Assembly: GCA_038842485.1 (NCBI GenBank) | Contig: JAWBSP010000012.1 | Span: 1-39,962, forward strand | DNA: 39,962 nt | Direction: 5' to 3' | Origin: Candidatus Hadarchaeales archaeon | GTDB taxonomy: Archaea > Hadarchaeota > Hadarchaeia > Hadarchaeales > JAWBSP01 | Shown: one piece after another, positions 7,890-18,712 of the stretch | How positions within the stretch are numbered: the stretch's first letter is position 1 | Layout of the letters: each line of letters opens with the position of its first letter | Notes under the pieces: model-generated | The model's input: the letters and a program-made list of their open reading frames with translations, nothing else | Database searches by the model: none | Told to the model about the DNA's origin: nothing | Made by a program: the position numbers and the translations under genes

Positions 7890-9267
7890 CTCCCTCCCTC
7901 CGCAGATACTTCCGAATGTATTCCGGCCTCACCTTCTTGAGCTCGCTTTCCGGGAGTAGCCGGAGAAGATCCCATCCGATGTCGAGCGTGGTTTCCAGCT
8001 CCCTGTTTTCATACAGCCCTTGGTTGACGAACTCCCGCTCAAACCTCTCGGCGAACTCCAAGTACCTCCTGTCCCTCTCGGTGAGCGCCTCCTGCCCCAC
8101 CACTGCGACCAGCGCCCGCAAATCCCTGCCCTCCGCATAGGCCGCATACAGCTGGTTGGAAAGCTCCATGTGATCCTCCCTCGTCTTTCCCTCCCCAACG
8201 CCGTCCTTCATCAGCCTAGAGAGTGAGGGCAGAACGTTGATGGGGGGGTAAATTCCCTTGTGGTGGAGCTGGCGGTCCAGTATCAGTTGCCCCTCTGTGA
8301 TGTACCCGGTCAGGTCCGGAACGGGATGGGTGATGTCGTCCCCCGGCATCGTGAGGATGGGCATCTGGGTTATGGAGCCCTTCTTTCCCAAGACCCTCCC
8401 AGCCCGCTCGTACATGGTGGCGAGATCGGTGTACAAGTAGCCCGGATAACCCCTTCTGCCCGGAACCTCGCTCCTGGCGGCGGAAATCTCCCGCAGGGCC
8501 TCCGCGTAGTTAGTAAGGTTGGTAAGGATGACAAGCACATGCATCCCCTGATCGAAGGCCAGGTACTCGGCGGTTGTGAGGGCCAGCCTTGGGGTCAGGA
8601 TGCGCTCTATGGCGGGATCGTTTGCAAGGTTCAGGAAGAGGACAGCCCTCTCGAGCGCCCCCGTCTTCTCGAACTCGGACCTGAAGTAGGAGGCCTCCGC
8701 GTGGGTGATCCCCATCCCGGCGAAGACTACCGCGAACTCCTCCTCCTTCCCCGGGATCTTCGCCTGCCGGGCGATCTGGGCGGCGATCTCGTTGTGCGGG
8801 AGTCCCGAGCCTGAGAAGATGGGGAGCTTCTGTCCCCTCACGAGCGTGTTCATGCCGTCGATTGCCGAGATACCGGTCTGGATGAACTCGCTTGGGTAGT
8901 CCCTCGCGGCGGGGTTCAGGGGTGCCCCGTGCACGTCCCTCCTCTCCTCTGGAATGGGTTTTGGTCCGCCATCGATGGGATCCCCTCTGCCGTTGAAGAT
9001 CCGTCCCAGGAGCTCCAGCCCGACCCCAAACTTTACAGTTTCGCCTGTGAACCTCACTCTGGTCCCCTTGGTGTCCAGCCCCGTTGTTCCCTCGTAGACT
9101 TGGATGATGGCCATACCCTCGCGCGAGTCCAGCACCTGTCCCCTGCGTCTCTCCCCATCCGGTCCTGTGACCTCTACCACCTCCCCGTACGCGGCATCCC
9201 TCACCCCCTCCACCACCAGCAGGGGCCCGGAGATGTTTGAGATGGTCAGGTACTCCTTAGCCTTCAC
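7861..9267 (-). CDS. atpB: A/V-type ATP synthase subunit B
   Basis: [67 protein letters not shown]; GTG start overlaps the atpA stop. Confidence 0.97.
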   Translation of the reverse strand: MKAKEYLTISNISGPLLVVEGVRDAAYGEVVEVTGPDGERRRGQVLDSREGMAIIQVYEGTTGLDTKGTRVRFTGETVKFGVGLELLGRIFNGRGDPIDGGPKPIPEERRDVHGAPLNPAARDYPSEFIQTGISAIDGMNTLVRGQKLPIFSGSGLPHNEIAAQIARQAKIPGKEEEFAVVFAGMGITHAEASYFRSEFEKTGALERAVLFLNLANDPAIERILTPRLALTTAEYLAFDQGMHVLVILTNLTNYAEALREISAARSEVPGRRGYPGYLYTDLATMYERAGRVLGKKGSITQMPILTMPGDDITHPVPDLTGYITEGQLILDRQLHHKGIYPPINVLPSLSRLMKDGVGEGKTREDHMELSNQLYAAYAEGRDLRALVAVVGQEALTERDRRYLEFAERFEREFVNQGLYENRELETTLDIGWDLLRLLPESELKKVRPEYIRKYLRREGGARHSKSSS

Positions 9268-12200
9268 TTTACCAGCTCCCTGAACGATTCCTTCATTGCC
9301 TTCTCCAATTTTTCGGCCTCTCCCTCAAATTCCTCCAGTGGTCGCTGTTTGAGGCGGGCTATCCGCTCGACCACGGGAAGACTCTTTATCTTTCCAACGG
9401 GAACCCCGCTCTTGATGGCCTCGCTCGCCAAGCGATGGAATTCTAGAATGAGCTCCAGCATGCGGATCTGCTTTTCGGGAGGGCAGTAGGTATCGACCGG
9501 GTCAAGGGCCGACTGCTGAAGGAAGTCCTCTCTAATCATCCTCGCCACCTCCAGCAGGCCCCGGTCGGGTTCGGGGAGGGCATCCGGGCCGACCAGCCTG
9601 ACGATTTCCAGGAGTTCCGCCTCCCTCTGAAGAATGGCCATAGCCTCCTTCCGGAGCTTCGACCAGTCCCCAAACTTGTTCCACCACCCCTCCACGGTAT
9701 CCAAGTAGAGAGAGTAACTTGTGAGCCAGTTTACGGATGGGAAGTGCCTGCGGTCCGCCAGCGCGCTGTCAAGGCCCCAGAAGACCTTCACGATCCTAAG
9801 GGTGTTCTGCGTCACGGGCTCGGAGAAGTCCCCTCCCGGTGGAGAAACCGCCCCTAGAATCGTGAGGGAGCCCCGTAACCCGGATAAGGTCTCAACTATT
9901 CCAGCTCTCTCATAGAATTCCGCAAGCCTCGAGCCCAGATAAGCCGGGAAGCCTTCCTCCCCAGGCATCTCCTCCAGCCTGCTGGAGATCTCCCTCATCG
10001 CCTCCGCCCATCTCGAGGTCGAGTCCGCCATCAGGGCAACGTGGTACCCCATGTCCCTGAAGTACTCGCCGATGGTGACGCCGGTGTAAACACTTGCCTC
10101 CCTAGCCGCGACCGGCATGTTGGAGGTGTTCGCGATCAGCACAGTCCTCTCCATGAGCGGCCTACCTGTCCGGGGGTCCTTAAGCTGAGGAAAGTGCACC
10201 AGAACGTCGCACATCTCGTTCCCCCGCTCGCCACAACCCACATACACAATGGCGTGTGCGTCAGACCATTTGGCAGTCTGGTGGAGAAAAACGGTGTTGT
10301 GGAGGAGGAGGGGGCCGAATCCTCCCACAAAGTTATGGGTTTCTGGAACGGTGATATCGTACACGGGACTGGGTGTCTGTAGAATTTTCACCTCCTTCAC
10401 CTTCTCGAAAACGACATCTTTAAGCAATTCGGAGATCGCATTAAACCTGCTCTCGCTTTCGAGCCCAGCATCGCGCATAGCTTTCACGATTTTGACGAAG
10501 GTGTCAGCAGTCGGTGTCTCTCCTAGGTCTGTATAATTTTTAATGAAGATTCCCCTGCTTTCCAGATAGGTTCTTGTTATGCCAAGCCTGCGAAGGGTTT
10601 CCCTTAAAAGATCGGCCGAGACGGGAACCACATCAACAGATTCATAAGCCCTGGAGCAGCGCGTGAGATAGTTTTTGATTTTTCGGTGGAAAACGCAAGA
10701 CTTGGAAAGAAGCTTAAAGATTTTTTGCAGCTCTCTTTTCCCCTCTATGTCAATCCTGTAATATCCAGCTCTTTTAGAAACCCTGTAGAGAATTCCAAGT
10801 CTGCTTAGAATGTACGAAAGATCGATGGCCATGTCTTCGCTTGCCGTCCAAATTTCCAGTGTCCGACCGGAAAACGACCCGTCCCCGTTTAGATAGCCTT
10901 CTAAGAAAGCACGAACCACCCGCTTGGGAGACATCAGCACTGCCGGCGGGATCCTGCAACTGCGGGACTTTTTTCGTCCTGGGAATCCAAGCGCCCGGAG
11001 AAATTCGACTAGGGCACCATTGCACACATACCGGGATTTGGCAGTTCTCTCCTCCCCCGGTTTAGCTTCACATCCAAAAAGCTCACGGCAGAGTTTGGAA
11101 AAGCGCGCCAGCAGGAAGGGATTGTTGTTGAAAAAGTAAACGCTGTTCCCCTTTATCATGCCATCCGAAAGGAGGAGCCCCAAAAATTCCGCTAGCCTTT
11201 CATCAACACTGCGGGGAATTTTAACGGGCTTTCCTCCCTTCTTCTTGACCATTCTTACCGGTATCCTTTTGCCTCTCAGTTTGGAAAGGCGCTGTAGGAA
11301 TTCGAGTGTCGGACTGTTCCGGCGATGGTAGTATCCCATTAGAAGGTCATAACTCACCCCAACCGAACGGGCTATTTCTGCAAGGGATTTCTTCTTCCGG
11401 AGTTGGTCTATCGTTTTTACCATTTCCTCAATAGCCCTAATGTCGCAGCACCTGATGCTGGGCTTGAAGCAGGAGTAGGCGGAGAGGAATTTGGTCCTCC
11501 CCGCGATCTTGAGTCTTCGCGGCGCTACTAGGTACATCCCCGGTTTTAACTGTGCCGCGGGTATCTCTCGGATTGTGAGATCCGGGAAGAATACGAGCAG
11601 GCGGTGAACTGGGGTTAACTTTGCCATCCTTCCGCTTCTGGTTCTTATCTGCACGAGGGCATCGGTCGTTCCGCGATAGGCGACGTGAACTCCCTTCTTC
11701 ACCAGCCCATGTCTACCAAGGGAGATTACCTTGACCCCTCTCCCAGCCATAACGAAGCTTTCCCCACCGTCCCCCATGACCGTCCCCCTAGAAGCAAGCT
11801 CATTGAAGAGATCTCCTATTCTTTTCACCGCACCGTTTGACAGTAGAATCGGGGTCTCGGGAGTGACGCATTTGCCGGTTCCGAAGCCGCCGGGAATGGC
11901 AGCGGTGCCTCCCTTCGCCACCGGGAAGAGGATGTCTGTTACCCTCTGTCCGGTGATGAGTGGTTCGGATGGGTTGAGCTTGGTCCTGTACGGTCTGGGC
12001 TTCCTCACGGGCCAGACCTGCATGAGCCTCAGCTCGACCTTCTCTCCCCCCGATTTCACCTCCCCCAAGGGCTCCTCAACCGTGAAACTACCCTCGTTGA
12101 GCTCAGTAATCTTTCCCGAGACATCCGGTGGGACTAGGATCCTGTGCTCCAAAAGCTCGGTTTCCTTCACCGTGCCTAAGATCTCTCCGCCCTTCACCTC

Positions 12201-12575
12201 CTCCCCCTTCTTCAGGGTTGGGACGAACTTCCACTTCTTGTCCCGGGGCAGGGCGAAGGGGTAGATCCCGCGCTCCACGAAATCCCCACCTTTCTTCCTG
12301 ATCTCCGGTAGGGGCCTTTGAATCCCATCGTATATCGAGCCCACCAGCCCCGGCCCCAGCTCGGCTGAGAGCGGCCTCCCAGTTGCCGTCACCGGCTCAC
12401 CGGGTCTCAGCCCCGCGGTTTCCTCGTAAACCTGTACGATGGCCTGCTCCCCCCGTAGCCCAATGACCTCACCTATCAATCCCATTTCCCCAACCCTGAC
12501 CACCTCATACATTCCCGTCCCCTTCATCCCCTCGGCAACAACGACGGGTCCGGTGATTCTAACTATCCTACCCAT
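9264..12575 (-). CDS. atpA: A/V-type ATP synthase subunit A with intein (1103-aa precursor, 578-aa mature)
   Basis: Start [12 protein letters not shown] at ATG 12575; Walker A GGFGTGK|TV split by the intein; [42 protein letters not shown]. Confidence 0.97.
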   Translation of the reverse strand: MGRIVRITGPVVVAEGMKGTGMYEVVRVGEMGLIGEVIGLRGEQAIVQVYEETAGLRPGEPVTATGRPLSAELGPGLVGSIYDGIQRPLPEIRKKGGDFVERGIYPFALPRDKKWKFVPTLKKGEEVKGGEILGTVKETELLEHRILVPPDVSGKITELNEGSFTVEEPLGEVKSGGEKVELRLMQVWPVRKPRPYRTKLNPSEPLITGQRVTDILFPVAKGGTAAIPGGFGTGKCVTPETPILLSNGAVKRIGDLFNELASRGTVMGDGGESFVMAGRGVKVISLGRHGLVKKGVHVAYRGTTDALVQIRTRSGRMAKLTPVHRLLVFFPDLTIREIPAAQLKPGMYLVAPRRLKIAGRTKFLSAYSCFKPSIRCCDIRAIEEMVKTIDQLRKKKSLAEIARSVGVSYDLLMGYYHRRNSPTLEFLQRLSKLRGKRIPVRMVKKKGGKPVKIPRSVDERLAEFLGLLLSDGMIKGNSVYFFNNNPFLLARFSKLCRELFGCEAKPGEERTAKSRYVCNGALVEFLRALGFPGRKKSRSCRIPPAVLMSPKRVVRAFLEGYLNGDGSFSGRTLEIWTASEDMAIDLSYILSRLGILYRVSKRAGYYRIDIEGKRELQKIFKLLSKSCVFHRKIKNYLTRCSRAYESVDVVPVSADLLRETLRRLGITRTYLESRGIFIKNYTDLGETPTADTFVKIVKAMRDAGLESESRFNAISELLKDVVFEKVKEVKILQTPSPVYDITVPETHNFVGGFGPLLLHNTVFLHQTAKWSDAHAIVYVGCGERGNEMCDVLVHFPQLKDPRTGRPLMERTVLIANTSNMPVAAREASVYTGVTIGEYFRDMGYHVALMADSTSRWAEAMREISSRLEEMPGEEGFPAYLGSRLAEFYERAGIVETLSGLRGSLTILGAVSPPGGDFSEPVTQNTLRIVKVFWGLDSALADRRHFPSVNWLTSYSLYLDTVEGWWNKFGDWSKLRKEAMAILQREAELLEIVRLVGPDALPEPDRGLLEVARMIREDFLQQSALDPVDTYCPPEKQIRMLELILEFHRLASEAIKSGVPVGKIKSLPVVERIARLKQRPLEEFEGEAEKLEKAMKESFRELVK
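10296..11870 (-). mobile_element. Intein with LAGLIDADG homing endonuclease (525 aa)
   Basis: Begins [10 protein letters not shown] right after P-loop GK; block B LTPVHRLL; LAGLIDADG motifs FLGLLLSDG and [10 protein letters not shown]; ends [12 protein letters not shown]...LLHN followed by Thr; visibly AT-richer than the flanks. Confidence 0.96.
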
Positions 12576-12648
12576 CCTTCTTTCTGGTATGGTGTTTATA
12601 GAACCGGAACCACACCGTAGTCGTTTATAGTTTCGGTGGTGGTGAAAA
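12576..12648. promoter_or_regulatory. Divergent promoter region between atpA and atpH
   Basis: 73-bp gap with GTTTATAG twice (12594-12601, 12623-12630) and GGTGA SD-like motif at 12641-12645. Confidence 0.6.
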
Positions 12649-12954
12649 ATGGAGGAGCTGGGGGAGATTCTGGAAACCGAGAAAAAAGCCCGGGAAATCA
12701 TCCAAGCCGCCCAAGAGAAGGCCGAGGAGCTGAGGAGGGAAGCTAGGGGGAGGGCCGAGCAACTGAGGAGGAAACTGGTGGAGGAAGCCAAACTCGAGGC
12801 CGAAAGGGAGGTACAGAAATGGGCGGAGAAGGCGGAGGAGGAAATTAGAAAGCTCTGGGCGGAGGCGGAGGAGGAAGCGCGCGAGCTGGAGCAGAAAGCT
12901 GCAAAGAATTTCGAGAAGGCCTGCCAGCTGGTGGTGAGGGAGGTTCTGGGCTGA
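12649..12954 (+). CDS. atpH: A/V-type ATP synthase subunit H (G-like stalk subunit)
   Basis: 101-aa E/K/A-rich coiled coil directly before subunit I. Confidence 0.85.
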   Translation: MEELGEILETEKKAREIIQAAQEKAEELRREARGRAEQLRRKLVEEAKLEAEREVQKWAEKAEEEIRKLWAEAEEEARELEQKAAKNFEKACQLVVREVLG

Positions 12955-14928
12955 ATGTTCAGAAGCCAGCGGATGCTGGTCTTCAGGGCGGTTGTTCCCC
13001 AGCGGCTTCAGGAGGAGGTGGTTTCGGGCCTGCATGAGGTTGGGATCGTGGAGTTCAGGCGGACCAAGCTCGAGCTGGGCAGGAGGGAGGTGCAGCTCCA
13101 ACCGCTGCTCTCTCTTCTCTCGAGGGGAAACCAGGTACTCGGTGCGCTCAACCCCCCCCGAAAAAGAACTACGCTGAGGGGGGAGCCAAGCCTTCAGGAA
13201 TGCCTCTCCAGACTGGAAAAAATTTTATCTCAGGTCGAGCCAGCTTTGGCCGCTCTCCTTTCCAAGAGGGACGAGCTGCGCCGGCGCAGGGAGGAGGTGC
13301 TCAAGGCCGAGGAGCTAGCCAAGGAACTTTTCTCGCTCGGCGTGAAACCGGAACACGTTTTTGGTTCGGAAAGAGTTTCGGTGTTTCTCGGGAGGCTGGA
13401 GCAGGAGAAGGTTAAATCCTTCCTGGCCGCACTTCAGGCCGAGCTGCCGAACAGGTTCTGGTTCAAGTGCTCGGCTGGAGCCAAGCCTCTCTTTGTGCTG
13501 GCCTGCCTGAGGGAGGATTCCCACAGGCTCTCCCCCATCCTCTACAGGCTGGGTGTTGAGCAGATAGAGCCTCCCGCGATCCTCCGGAGCGGAAAACCTC
13601 TTGAGGAGACCCAGAGGGAGCTGGGGAGAATTTCTGGTGAGGAAGAGCGGCTGCGGAGGGAACTCGTCTCGCTCTCCGAACTTGCGGAGGATCTCCCTCC
13701 CCTGCTAGAGCTGCTGGGGATTTATGTGGAAAGGCTTGAGGCCTCCCAGCTGTTTGGGTACACCGAAGCAACGGTCCTGTTCGAGGGTTGGGTTCAAAAA
13801 GAGCAGGCGAGCGAGCTCAGAGAGGTGCTTGAGAAGCAATCGGGGGGAAGGATGATTCTCAAAACGATGGAGGTTTCGCGCGAGGAGGTGGAGGAGGCGC
13901 CGGTCCTGCTGCGGAACCCCAAGGTGGTGGAGAACTTCGAGCTCCTGACCGAGATCTACGGGCTCCCCAGATACGACGAGCTTGACCCAACCCCTCTCCT
14001 CGCATTCACCTTCCCCCTCTTCTTCGCCCTGTGCCTTGGTGACGCGGGGTACGGGCTGATCCTCGGGCTTCTGGCATACTTCCCACTGGGCTTCCTCAAG
14101 GAGACGATTTCTGGGAGGTTCAGGCGGATGCTGTTTGTTTGCGCTGCGGCCTCCATCCCGGTGGGACTGCTGGTCGGGGGTTTCTTCGGTTTTGGCCCCC
14201 TCTGGGTGAATCCCATTCAGAGACCCGTACCTCTCATCAAGCTGGCCATCTTCCTGGGTGTGCTGCATGTTCTGGTGGGTTTCCTGCTTTCCTCGGTGAA
14301 GGGGTTCTGGCGGGGCAACTGGAAGGAGGGCCTCGATGGGCTGGCCAAGCTGGTGGGGGCTGCAGGTTTCTTTGGCCTATGCTTCTCCCTAGTGGGAATC
14401 GGTCTGTACGAGTTTGGGATAGATTACCGATTTCCGAAGGTGGATCTCTTTGAGGCCTTTATCCCCTCGACTACAGGCCCCTTTCTCTTCAGGCTCCTTT
14501 TCTACTCTGGCCTGCTCGTTTCCATCTTCCTGTCCGCTCTTCAAAAGAGGGGGGTGGGAAGGATTTCCGGCCCCCTCAACACGGTGTACGGAATTACCGG
14601 CTGGATTTCCGATGTCGCATCCTATTCGAGGTTGATGGCCCTCTGCCTCGCGACCTCCATCATAGGCTTCACCATCAACTACCTGCTCGGGATGGTGTAC
14701 GGTTCCGTGGTTGGGGGTCCAGTCTACCTCCTCCCCCTGCTGCCCCTCTTGGCTTTGGGGTTCGTTCTCCTCCACGCTGCGAACGCGTTGCTCGGAACTC
14801 TTGGGGGATTCGTTCACACGCTGAGGCTTCACTTTGTTGAGTTTTTCAGCAAGTTCTATGAGGGCGGGGGGAGGAAGTTCCAGCCTTTTAAGGCTAAAAG
14901 GAGCTTGGTGGAGGTGAAGGGATGGTAG
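12955..14928 (+). CDS. atpI: A/V-type ATP synthase subunit I (a)
   Basis: [27 protein letters not shown] (essential Arg), [19 protein letters not shown]. Confidence 0.96.
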   Translation: MFRSQRMLVFRAVVPQRLQEEVVSGLHEVGIVEFRRTKLELGRREVQLQPLLSLLSRGNQVLGALNPPRKRTTLRGEPSLQECLSRLEKILSQVEPALAALLSKRDELRRRREEVLKAEELAKELFSLGVKPEHVFGSERVSVFLGRLEQEKVKSFLAALQAELPNRFWFKCSAGAKPLFVLACLREDSHRLSPILYRLGVEQIEPPAILRSGKPLEETQRELGRISGEEERLRRELVSLSELAEDLPPLLELLGIYVERLEASQLFGYTEATVLFEGWVQKEQASELREVLEKQSGGRMILKTMEVSREEVEEAPVLLRNPKVVENFELLTEIYGLPRYDELDPTPLLAFTFPLFFALCLGDAGYGLILGLLAYFPLGFLKETISGRFRRMLFVCAAASIPVGLLVGGFFGFGPLWVNPIQRPVPLIKLAIFLGVLHVLVGFLLSSVKGFWRGNWKEGLDGLAKLVGAAGFFGLCFSLVGIGLYEFGIDYRFPKVDLFEAFIPSTTGPFLFRLLFYSGLLVSIFLSALQKRGVGRISGPLNTVYGITGWISDVASYSRLMALCLATSIIGFTINYLLGMVYGSVVGGPVYLLPLLPLLALGFVLLHAANALLGTLGGFVHTLRLHFVEFFSKFYEGGGRKFQPFKAKRSLVEVKGW

Positions 14929-15416
14929 CGGAGGGAGTTTATGTAGCCCTTGCTGCAGGACTCGCGGTGGCAATCCCCGGCATCTTTTCGGCGTTGGGCG
15001 TGGGCATGACGGGGGTGGCTGCCTCCGCGGTAGCGGCCGAGGACCCGAAGAAAGCATACAAGGCTCTCTTCTTCGTCATCATGCCCGGGACTCAGGGAAT
15101 CTATGGTTTCGTTGCCGCTTTCCTCACGGTCCTAGCCACGGGATTGTCCTTGAGCGCAGCTGGTATCCAGTTGAAATCTTCCCTCGCGGGGATTCCGAAC
15201 ATCGGGCTGCTTGTTTTCATGTGCGCTCTCCCCGCCGTACTGCAGGGGATTACCTCATACTTCCAGGGAAAGGTGGCATCGGCCGCTGTTTCGGCCTTTG
15301 CTAAGCGCCCGGAGGTTTTCGCACCGGGAGCCATGTATGTCGTGGCCGTCGAGCTGTACGCCATTCTGGGCCTGCTCTCCTCCATCTTGATGCTCTCGCT
15401 CACCGGTATTCTGTAG
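14922..15416 (+). CDS. atpK: A/V-type ATP synthase subunit K (c), four-TM double hairpin
   Basis: 164-aa hydrophobic protein; PGTQGIYG, QGKVA, VELYAILG. Confidence 0.93.
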   Translation: MVAEGVYVALAAGLAVAIPGIFSALGVGMTGVAASAVAAEDPKKAYKALFFVIMPGTQGIYGFVAAFLTVLATGLSLSAAGIQLKSSLAGIPNIGLLVFMCALPAVLQGITSYFQGKVASAAVSAFAKRPEVFAPGAMYVVAVELYAILGLLSSILMLSLTGIL

Positions 15417-15423
15417 TGAAAGC

Positions 15424-16014
15424 TTGGAGGGCACCAAGCGGATAGTTGAAGATATCCTTCTCGAGGCAAGGAGGAAGGAGAGGGAGATAATAGAATCGGC
15501 CCAGAAAGAGGCCCAAACGATGCTCCAGGCGGCCGAGATTTCGGGAAGGGAGGAAAGGGAGAACCTTCTCGCCGGGGGCAGAAAGAGGGGCCAGGAGCTG
15601 TACAGGGAGAGGGTGATGGCGGCCAGGCTTGAGGCGAGGAAGCACGTGCTGGAGAGAAGGGAGAGGCAGCTACAGGGAGTTTTTGAGGAGGCAAGGAGGA
15701 GGCTCCAAGAGTTCTCGGCTTCCAAGGAATACGCCGAATGGATGGGCAAAAAGATAGAGGAGGTTGCAGGCACGCTGGGGAGCGAGATAGTAATCGAGGC
15801 GAGGGAGGAGGATCTGAAGTTGCTGGAGAGGCTGAGGCCCCGGCTGAGGGAGAGGGGGATCGAGGTAAAAATCGGACCTCCCCTCAAGTGCCTGGGAGGA
15901 TTCAGGGCGAGCACCCCCGACGGGAGGCTGCAGCTCGACCAGACTCTGGATGGGAGGCTGGAAAGGCTGGGAGAGGAGACAAGAATAAGGGTTGCCCGCG
16001 TCCTCTTCTCATGA
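15424..16014 (+). CDS. atpE: A/V-type ATP synthase subunit E
   Basis: N-terminal coiled coil; C-terminal CLGGF...DQTLDGRL; operon position; TTG start. Confidence 0.9.
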   Translation: MEGTKRIVEDILLEARRKEREIIESAQKEAQTMLQAAEISGREERENLLAGGRKRGQELYRERVMAARLEARKHVLERRERQLQGVFEEARRRLQEFSASKEYAEWMGKKIEEVAGTLGSEIVIEAREEDLKLLERLRPRLRERGIEVKIGPPLKCLGGFRASTPDGRLQLDQTLDGRLERLGEETRIRVARVLFS

Positions 16015-17075
16015 TTTTCCCGCTCATCTTCCTACTTCTGTTCCTCCTCTTCGTTTTGGTCTATCTGGATGCTAGGCGAACTTTTCCATACGTTTACTGC
16101 AATGCCATGATCAGTGCTTGGGAGGGAAGGGCTCTCACCCCCTCCCGGCTGGTCGAGCTCTCGGAGGCCGACCCCCAAGCGATGCTTTCCTCCCTCTCAG
16201 GAACCGATTTTGAGGGTTTGCCGGGGAGCGTGCTGGAGGCCGAAAGGGTCATCAGGGAAAGGGCTGTGGAAAAATACAGGCGAATTCTGGAGGCCCTCCC
16301 GCCTAGGGGAAAGAGGTTCTTCACAACCGTGCTCGAGAGGTTCGAGGTTTATAACCTTAAGGCCCTGCTCGTTTCCCTTCACACGGGAATCCCTCCGAGC
16401 TTCCTGCCCTCCCCCCTAACCTCTGAGGAGAGGCTCGCCCTACTCTCGAGGGTCAAGAGCATGGAGGAGCTCCTCAAGTTTCTTGCTGGAACCGATTACG
16501 GTGAATTCCTCTCCCGCTCGATGGAGGAGTACAAGAGGCGCGGGCTGGCCTTCCTTCTGCACCAACTGGATCGCTACTACTACACCAAACTCTGGCTCGA
16601 GGCAGAAAGGCAGCGAAAGTCCATAAGGGAGGTGATTGGGGTTGAGTGCGACTTGGTCAACCTGAAGCTTCTCGCCAGGCTGAAAAGCGCGGGCGTCCCA
16701 GCGGTTGATATAAGACCCCTGCTGGTTCCCACATACCTGATTCCGGCCAGGGTTCTGGAGCGTATGCTCGAGGCCGAGGAGCTGTCCTCCCTCCTCCAAT
16801 GCCTTTCAGAAACCCCCTACGCGGAGGCCGTCGCGAGGGCTTCCCACCAGGTCCAGGCGGCGGGCTCCCTGCTTCCCCTCGAGAGGGAACTGGAGGCAGG
16901 ATTCCTGAGGCTTTGCAGGTGGTATTCAACCTCCGACTTTTTCAGCCTCGCCCCCGCTGTTTGCTTTTTCTACACCAAGGAGGCCGAGGTGAGGTCGCTC
17001 AGGGCCCTTCTCAGGCTCAGGTCCGAGAAGGTCCAGCCCGCCAAGTGCAGGGAGATGCTTGTATATGCCGTATAA
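16011..17075 (+). CDS. atpC: A/V-type ATP synthase subunit C
   Basis: ATG 16011 overlaps the atpE stop; PYVYCNAMI, EVYNLKALL, LDRYYY, DLVNLKLL, KEAEVRSL; N-terminal hydrophobic helix. Confidence 0.9.
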   Translation: MIFPLIFLLLFLLFVLVYLDARRTFPYVYCNAMISAWEGRALTPSRLVELSEADPQAMLSSLSGTDFEGLPGSVLEAERVIRERAVEKYRRILEALPPRGKRFFTTVLERFEVYNLKALLVSLHTGIPPSFLPSPLTSEERLALLSRVKSMEELLKFLAGTDYGEFLSRSMEEYKRRGLAFLLHQLDRYYYTKLWLEAERQRKSIREVIGVECDLVNLKLLARLKSAGVPAVDIRPLLVPTYLIPARVLERMLEAEELSSLLQCLSETPYAEAVARASHQVQAAGSLLPLERELEAGFLRLCRWYSTSDFFSLAPAVCFFYTKEAEVRSLRALLRLRSEKVQPAKCREMLVYAV

Positions 17076-17391
17076 AATTGCCGTCGTGGGGGAGCTGGAG
17101 ACGGTCATGGGGTTCGGCCTGGCGGGGGCGAGCCATCTGCACGTCCACCGGGAAAAGACGGAAACACTCCGTAAGTTGAAGGAGTTCCTTTCAGATCCTG
17201 AGGTGGGACTCATCCTGCTGACGGCTACGGTGAGGGAGGAGCTGGCAGAGGAGCTCGAGCCCCTCCTCAGGCTCAAGGGAATCATCCCGATGGTTCTGAC
17301 CATTCCCGACCACAGAGGCTACTATCCGGCTGTGGATGAGCTCGAGAGGCTTGTGAAACGGACCGCAGGCGTTGAGGTGATTCTCAAATGA
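17065..17391 (+). CDS. atpF: A/V-type ATP synthase subunit F
   Basis: KIAVVGELETVMGFGLAG; LVKRTAGV. Confidence 0.93.
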   Translation: MPYKIAVVGELETVMGFGLAGASHLHVHREKTETLRKLKEFLSDPEVGLILLTATVREELAEELEPLLRLKGIIPMVLTIPDHRGYYPAVDELERLVKRTAGVEVILK

Positions 17392-18038
17392 CGAAGGCGG
17401 TTTCGGGGATTTCGCCCACGAGGATGGAGCTCATAAGGCTGAGGCAGCGAATAGCCCTTGCTCAGAAGGGGCACGACCTGCTGGAGGAAAAGAGGGACGC
17501 CCTGATGATGGAATTCTTGGGGCTGGTGAGGAGGATAAGGGAACTCTCTAAGGAGGCGTTCGGACGACTTTCTGAGGCCCATCGGAAGCTCTCATACTGT
17601 ATGGCCTGGATGGGTTCGGCCGAGACCCTTCAGGCAACCCTGGAGTCGAGGAAGGAATTAAAACTTGAGATCTCAACCCGCTTCATCATGGGGGTGAAGG
17701 TTCCAATGGTCGAGGGGGTGAGGACCGAAAGAAATCCGGTTCAGAGGGGATACTCGCTGCACACGAGCTCGGCGCTGTTGGATGAGGCCTCCGCCGAATT
17801 TGAGCGAGCACTGGCGCAGTTGTGTGAGCTGGCCGAGCTGAGCGAGGCCGTGAGGAGGATCGGTCTTGAGCTCGAGCGGACGAGAAGAAGGGTGAACGCC
17901 CTGGAATACATCCTGATACCTCAGCTGAAATCCATGGCGGCGTTCATCGCCTTCAGGCTTGACGAAATGGAGAGGGACAACTTCGTCAGGTTGAAGAGGA
18001 TCAAGGCCATGCTTGAAAGAAGGGAGGGAGGAGCTTGA
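17388..18038 (+). CDS. atpD: A/V-type ATP synthase subunit D
   Basis: PTRMELIRL, GHDLLEEKRDAL, TRRRVNALEYILIP. Confidence 0.96.
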   Translation: MTKAVSGISPTRMELIRLRQRIALAQKGHDLLEEKRDALMMEFLGLVRRIRELSKEAFGRLSEAHRKLSYCMAWMGSAETLQATLESRKELKLEISTRFIMGVKVPMVEGVRTERNPVQRGYSLHTSSALLDEASAEFERALAQLCELAELSEAVRRIGLELERTRRRVNALEYILIPQLKSMAAFIAFRLDEMERDNFVRLKRIKAMLERREGGA

Positions 18039-18427
18039 GGGAGGACGTGGAAGCCCTGTTTTTGCGCGAGCTTTCAAGACTGAACTCTCACCTGCCGAAG
18101 AAGAGGGTCACACTGAGGGAGGCTCTGCAGAACCCGGAGGTGGAGCTCGCCGATGGGGGGAAGCACAGGTTTAGGAGGAGCGAGCTGGAGTTCCTCAAAT
18201 CCCTAGTTCCGGAGGAGGAGTGGGACTCGCTCAGGCTTCCCGTCCTCATCGAGCTGGACCCGAAGCTCGGTAGGGGTGCGGCCAGGATCAGGGGGGCAGC
18301 CGAGTGCAGGGTGGTGGCGAGGATTCTTGGGAAGGAGGAGAAGCCCGAACTCATTCTTTATCTTCCCGAGATTTCCGAGCTGAGGGGGAAGCTCCCTACC
18401 CTCACCGACTACTTTCTAACCGCATGA
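18035..18427 (+). CDS. DUF61 (UPF0216) family protein
   Basis: LNSHLPKKRVTL, GGKHRF...EL, LRLPVLIE, LPTLT; this family is commonly found after atpD in archaea. Confidence 0.8.
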   Translation: MREDVEALFLRELSRLNSHLPKKRVTLREALQNPEVELADGGKHRFRRSELEFLKSLVPEEEWDSLRLPVLIELDPKLGRGAARIRGAAECRVVARILGKEEKPELILYLPEISELRGKLPTLTDYFLTA

Positions 18428-18687
18428 AGGAGAAACTTGCGGCCCTGTATCCCGTTGCCAACGTTCTGGCACTGACCGGCCTGCTTGCCGCCATCCTCCT
18501 GCTCATAGGTTTGGAGCCCCCGCTGGCTTCTGCCGTCTCTCTTTGGTTTGGTTTCTTCGCCATGTTGCTGGTTTACGGGGTGGGCAGGAAATCCCTGAAA
18601 CTTGTGGGTCTCCATCGTCACCTGCTAGCCCTCCTGGGCTTCCTTGGGTTCCTAGCACTTCTCCTCTCTTTGACCTTGAGCTGGTGA
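18424..18687 (+). CDS. Small membrane protein (87 aa, ~3 TM)
   Basis: ATG 18424 overlaps the previous stop; hydrophobic segments. Confidence 0.7.
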   Translation: MKEKLAALYPVANVLALTGLLAAILLLIGLEPPLASAVSLWFGFFAMLLVYGVGRKSLKLVGLHRHLLALLGFLGFLALLLSLTLSW

Positions 18688-18712
18688 GAGCAGGTGATGG
18701 ATTTGAGCTGGT

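Noticed and set aside
12576-12791. N-terminal extensions in the ORF track (atpA; likewise rnfD, atpC, secD, rsmA, pckG, pyruvyl transferase)
   Set aside because: They overlap neighbouring real genes; downstream starts match family N-termini and stop/start overlaps.
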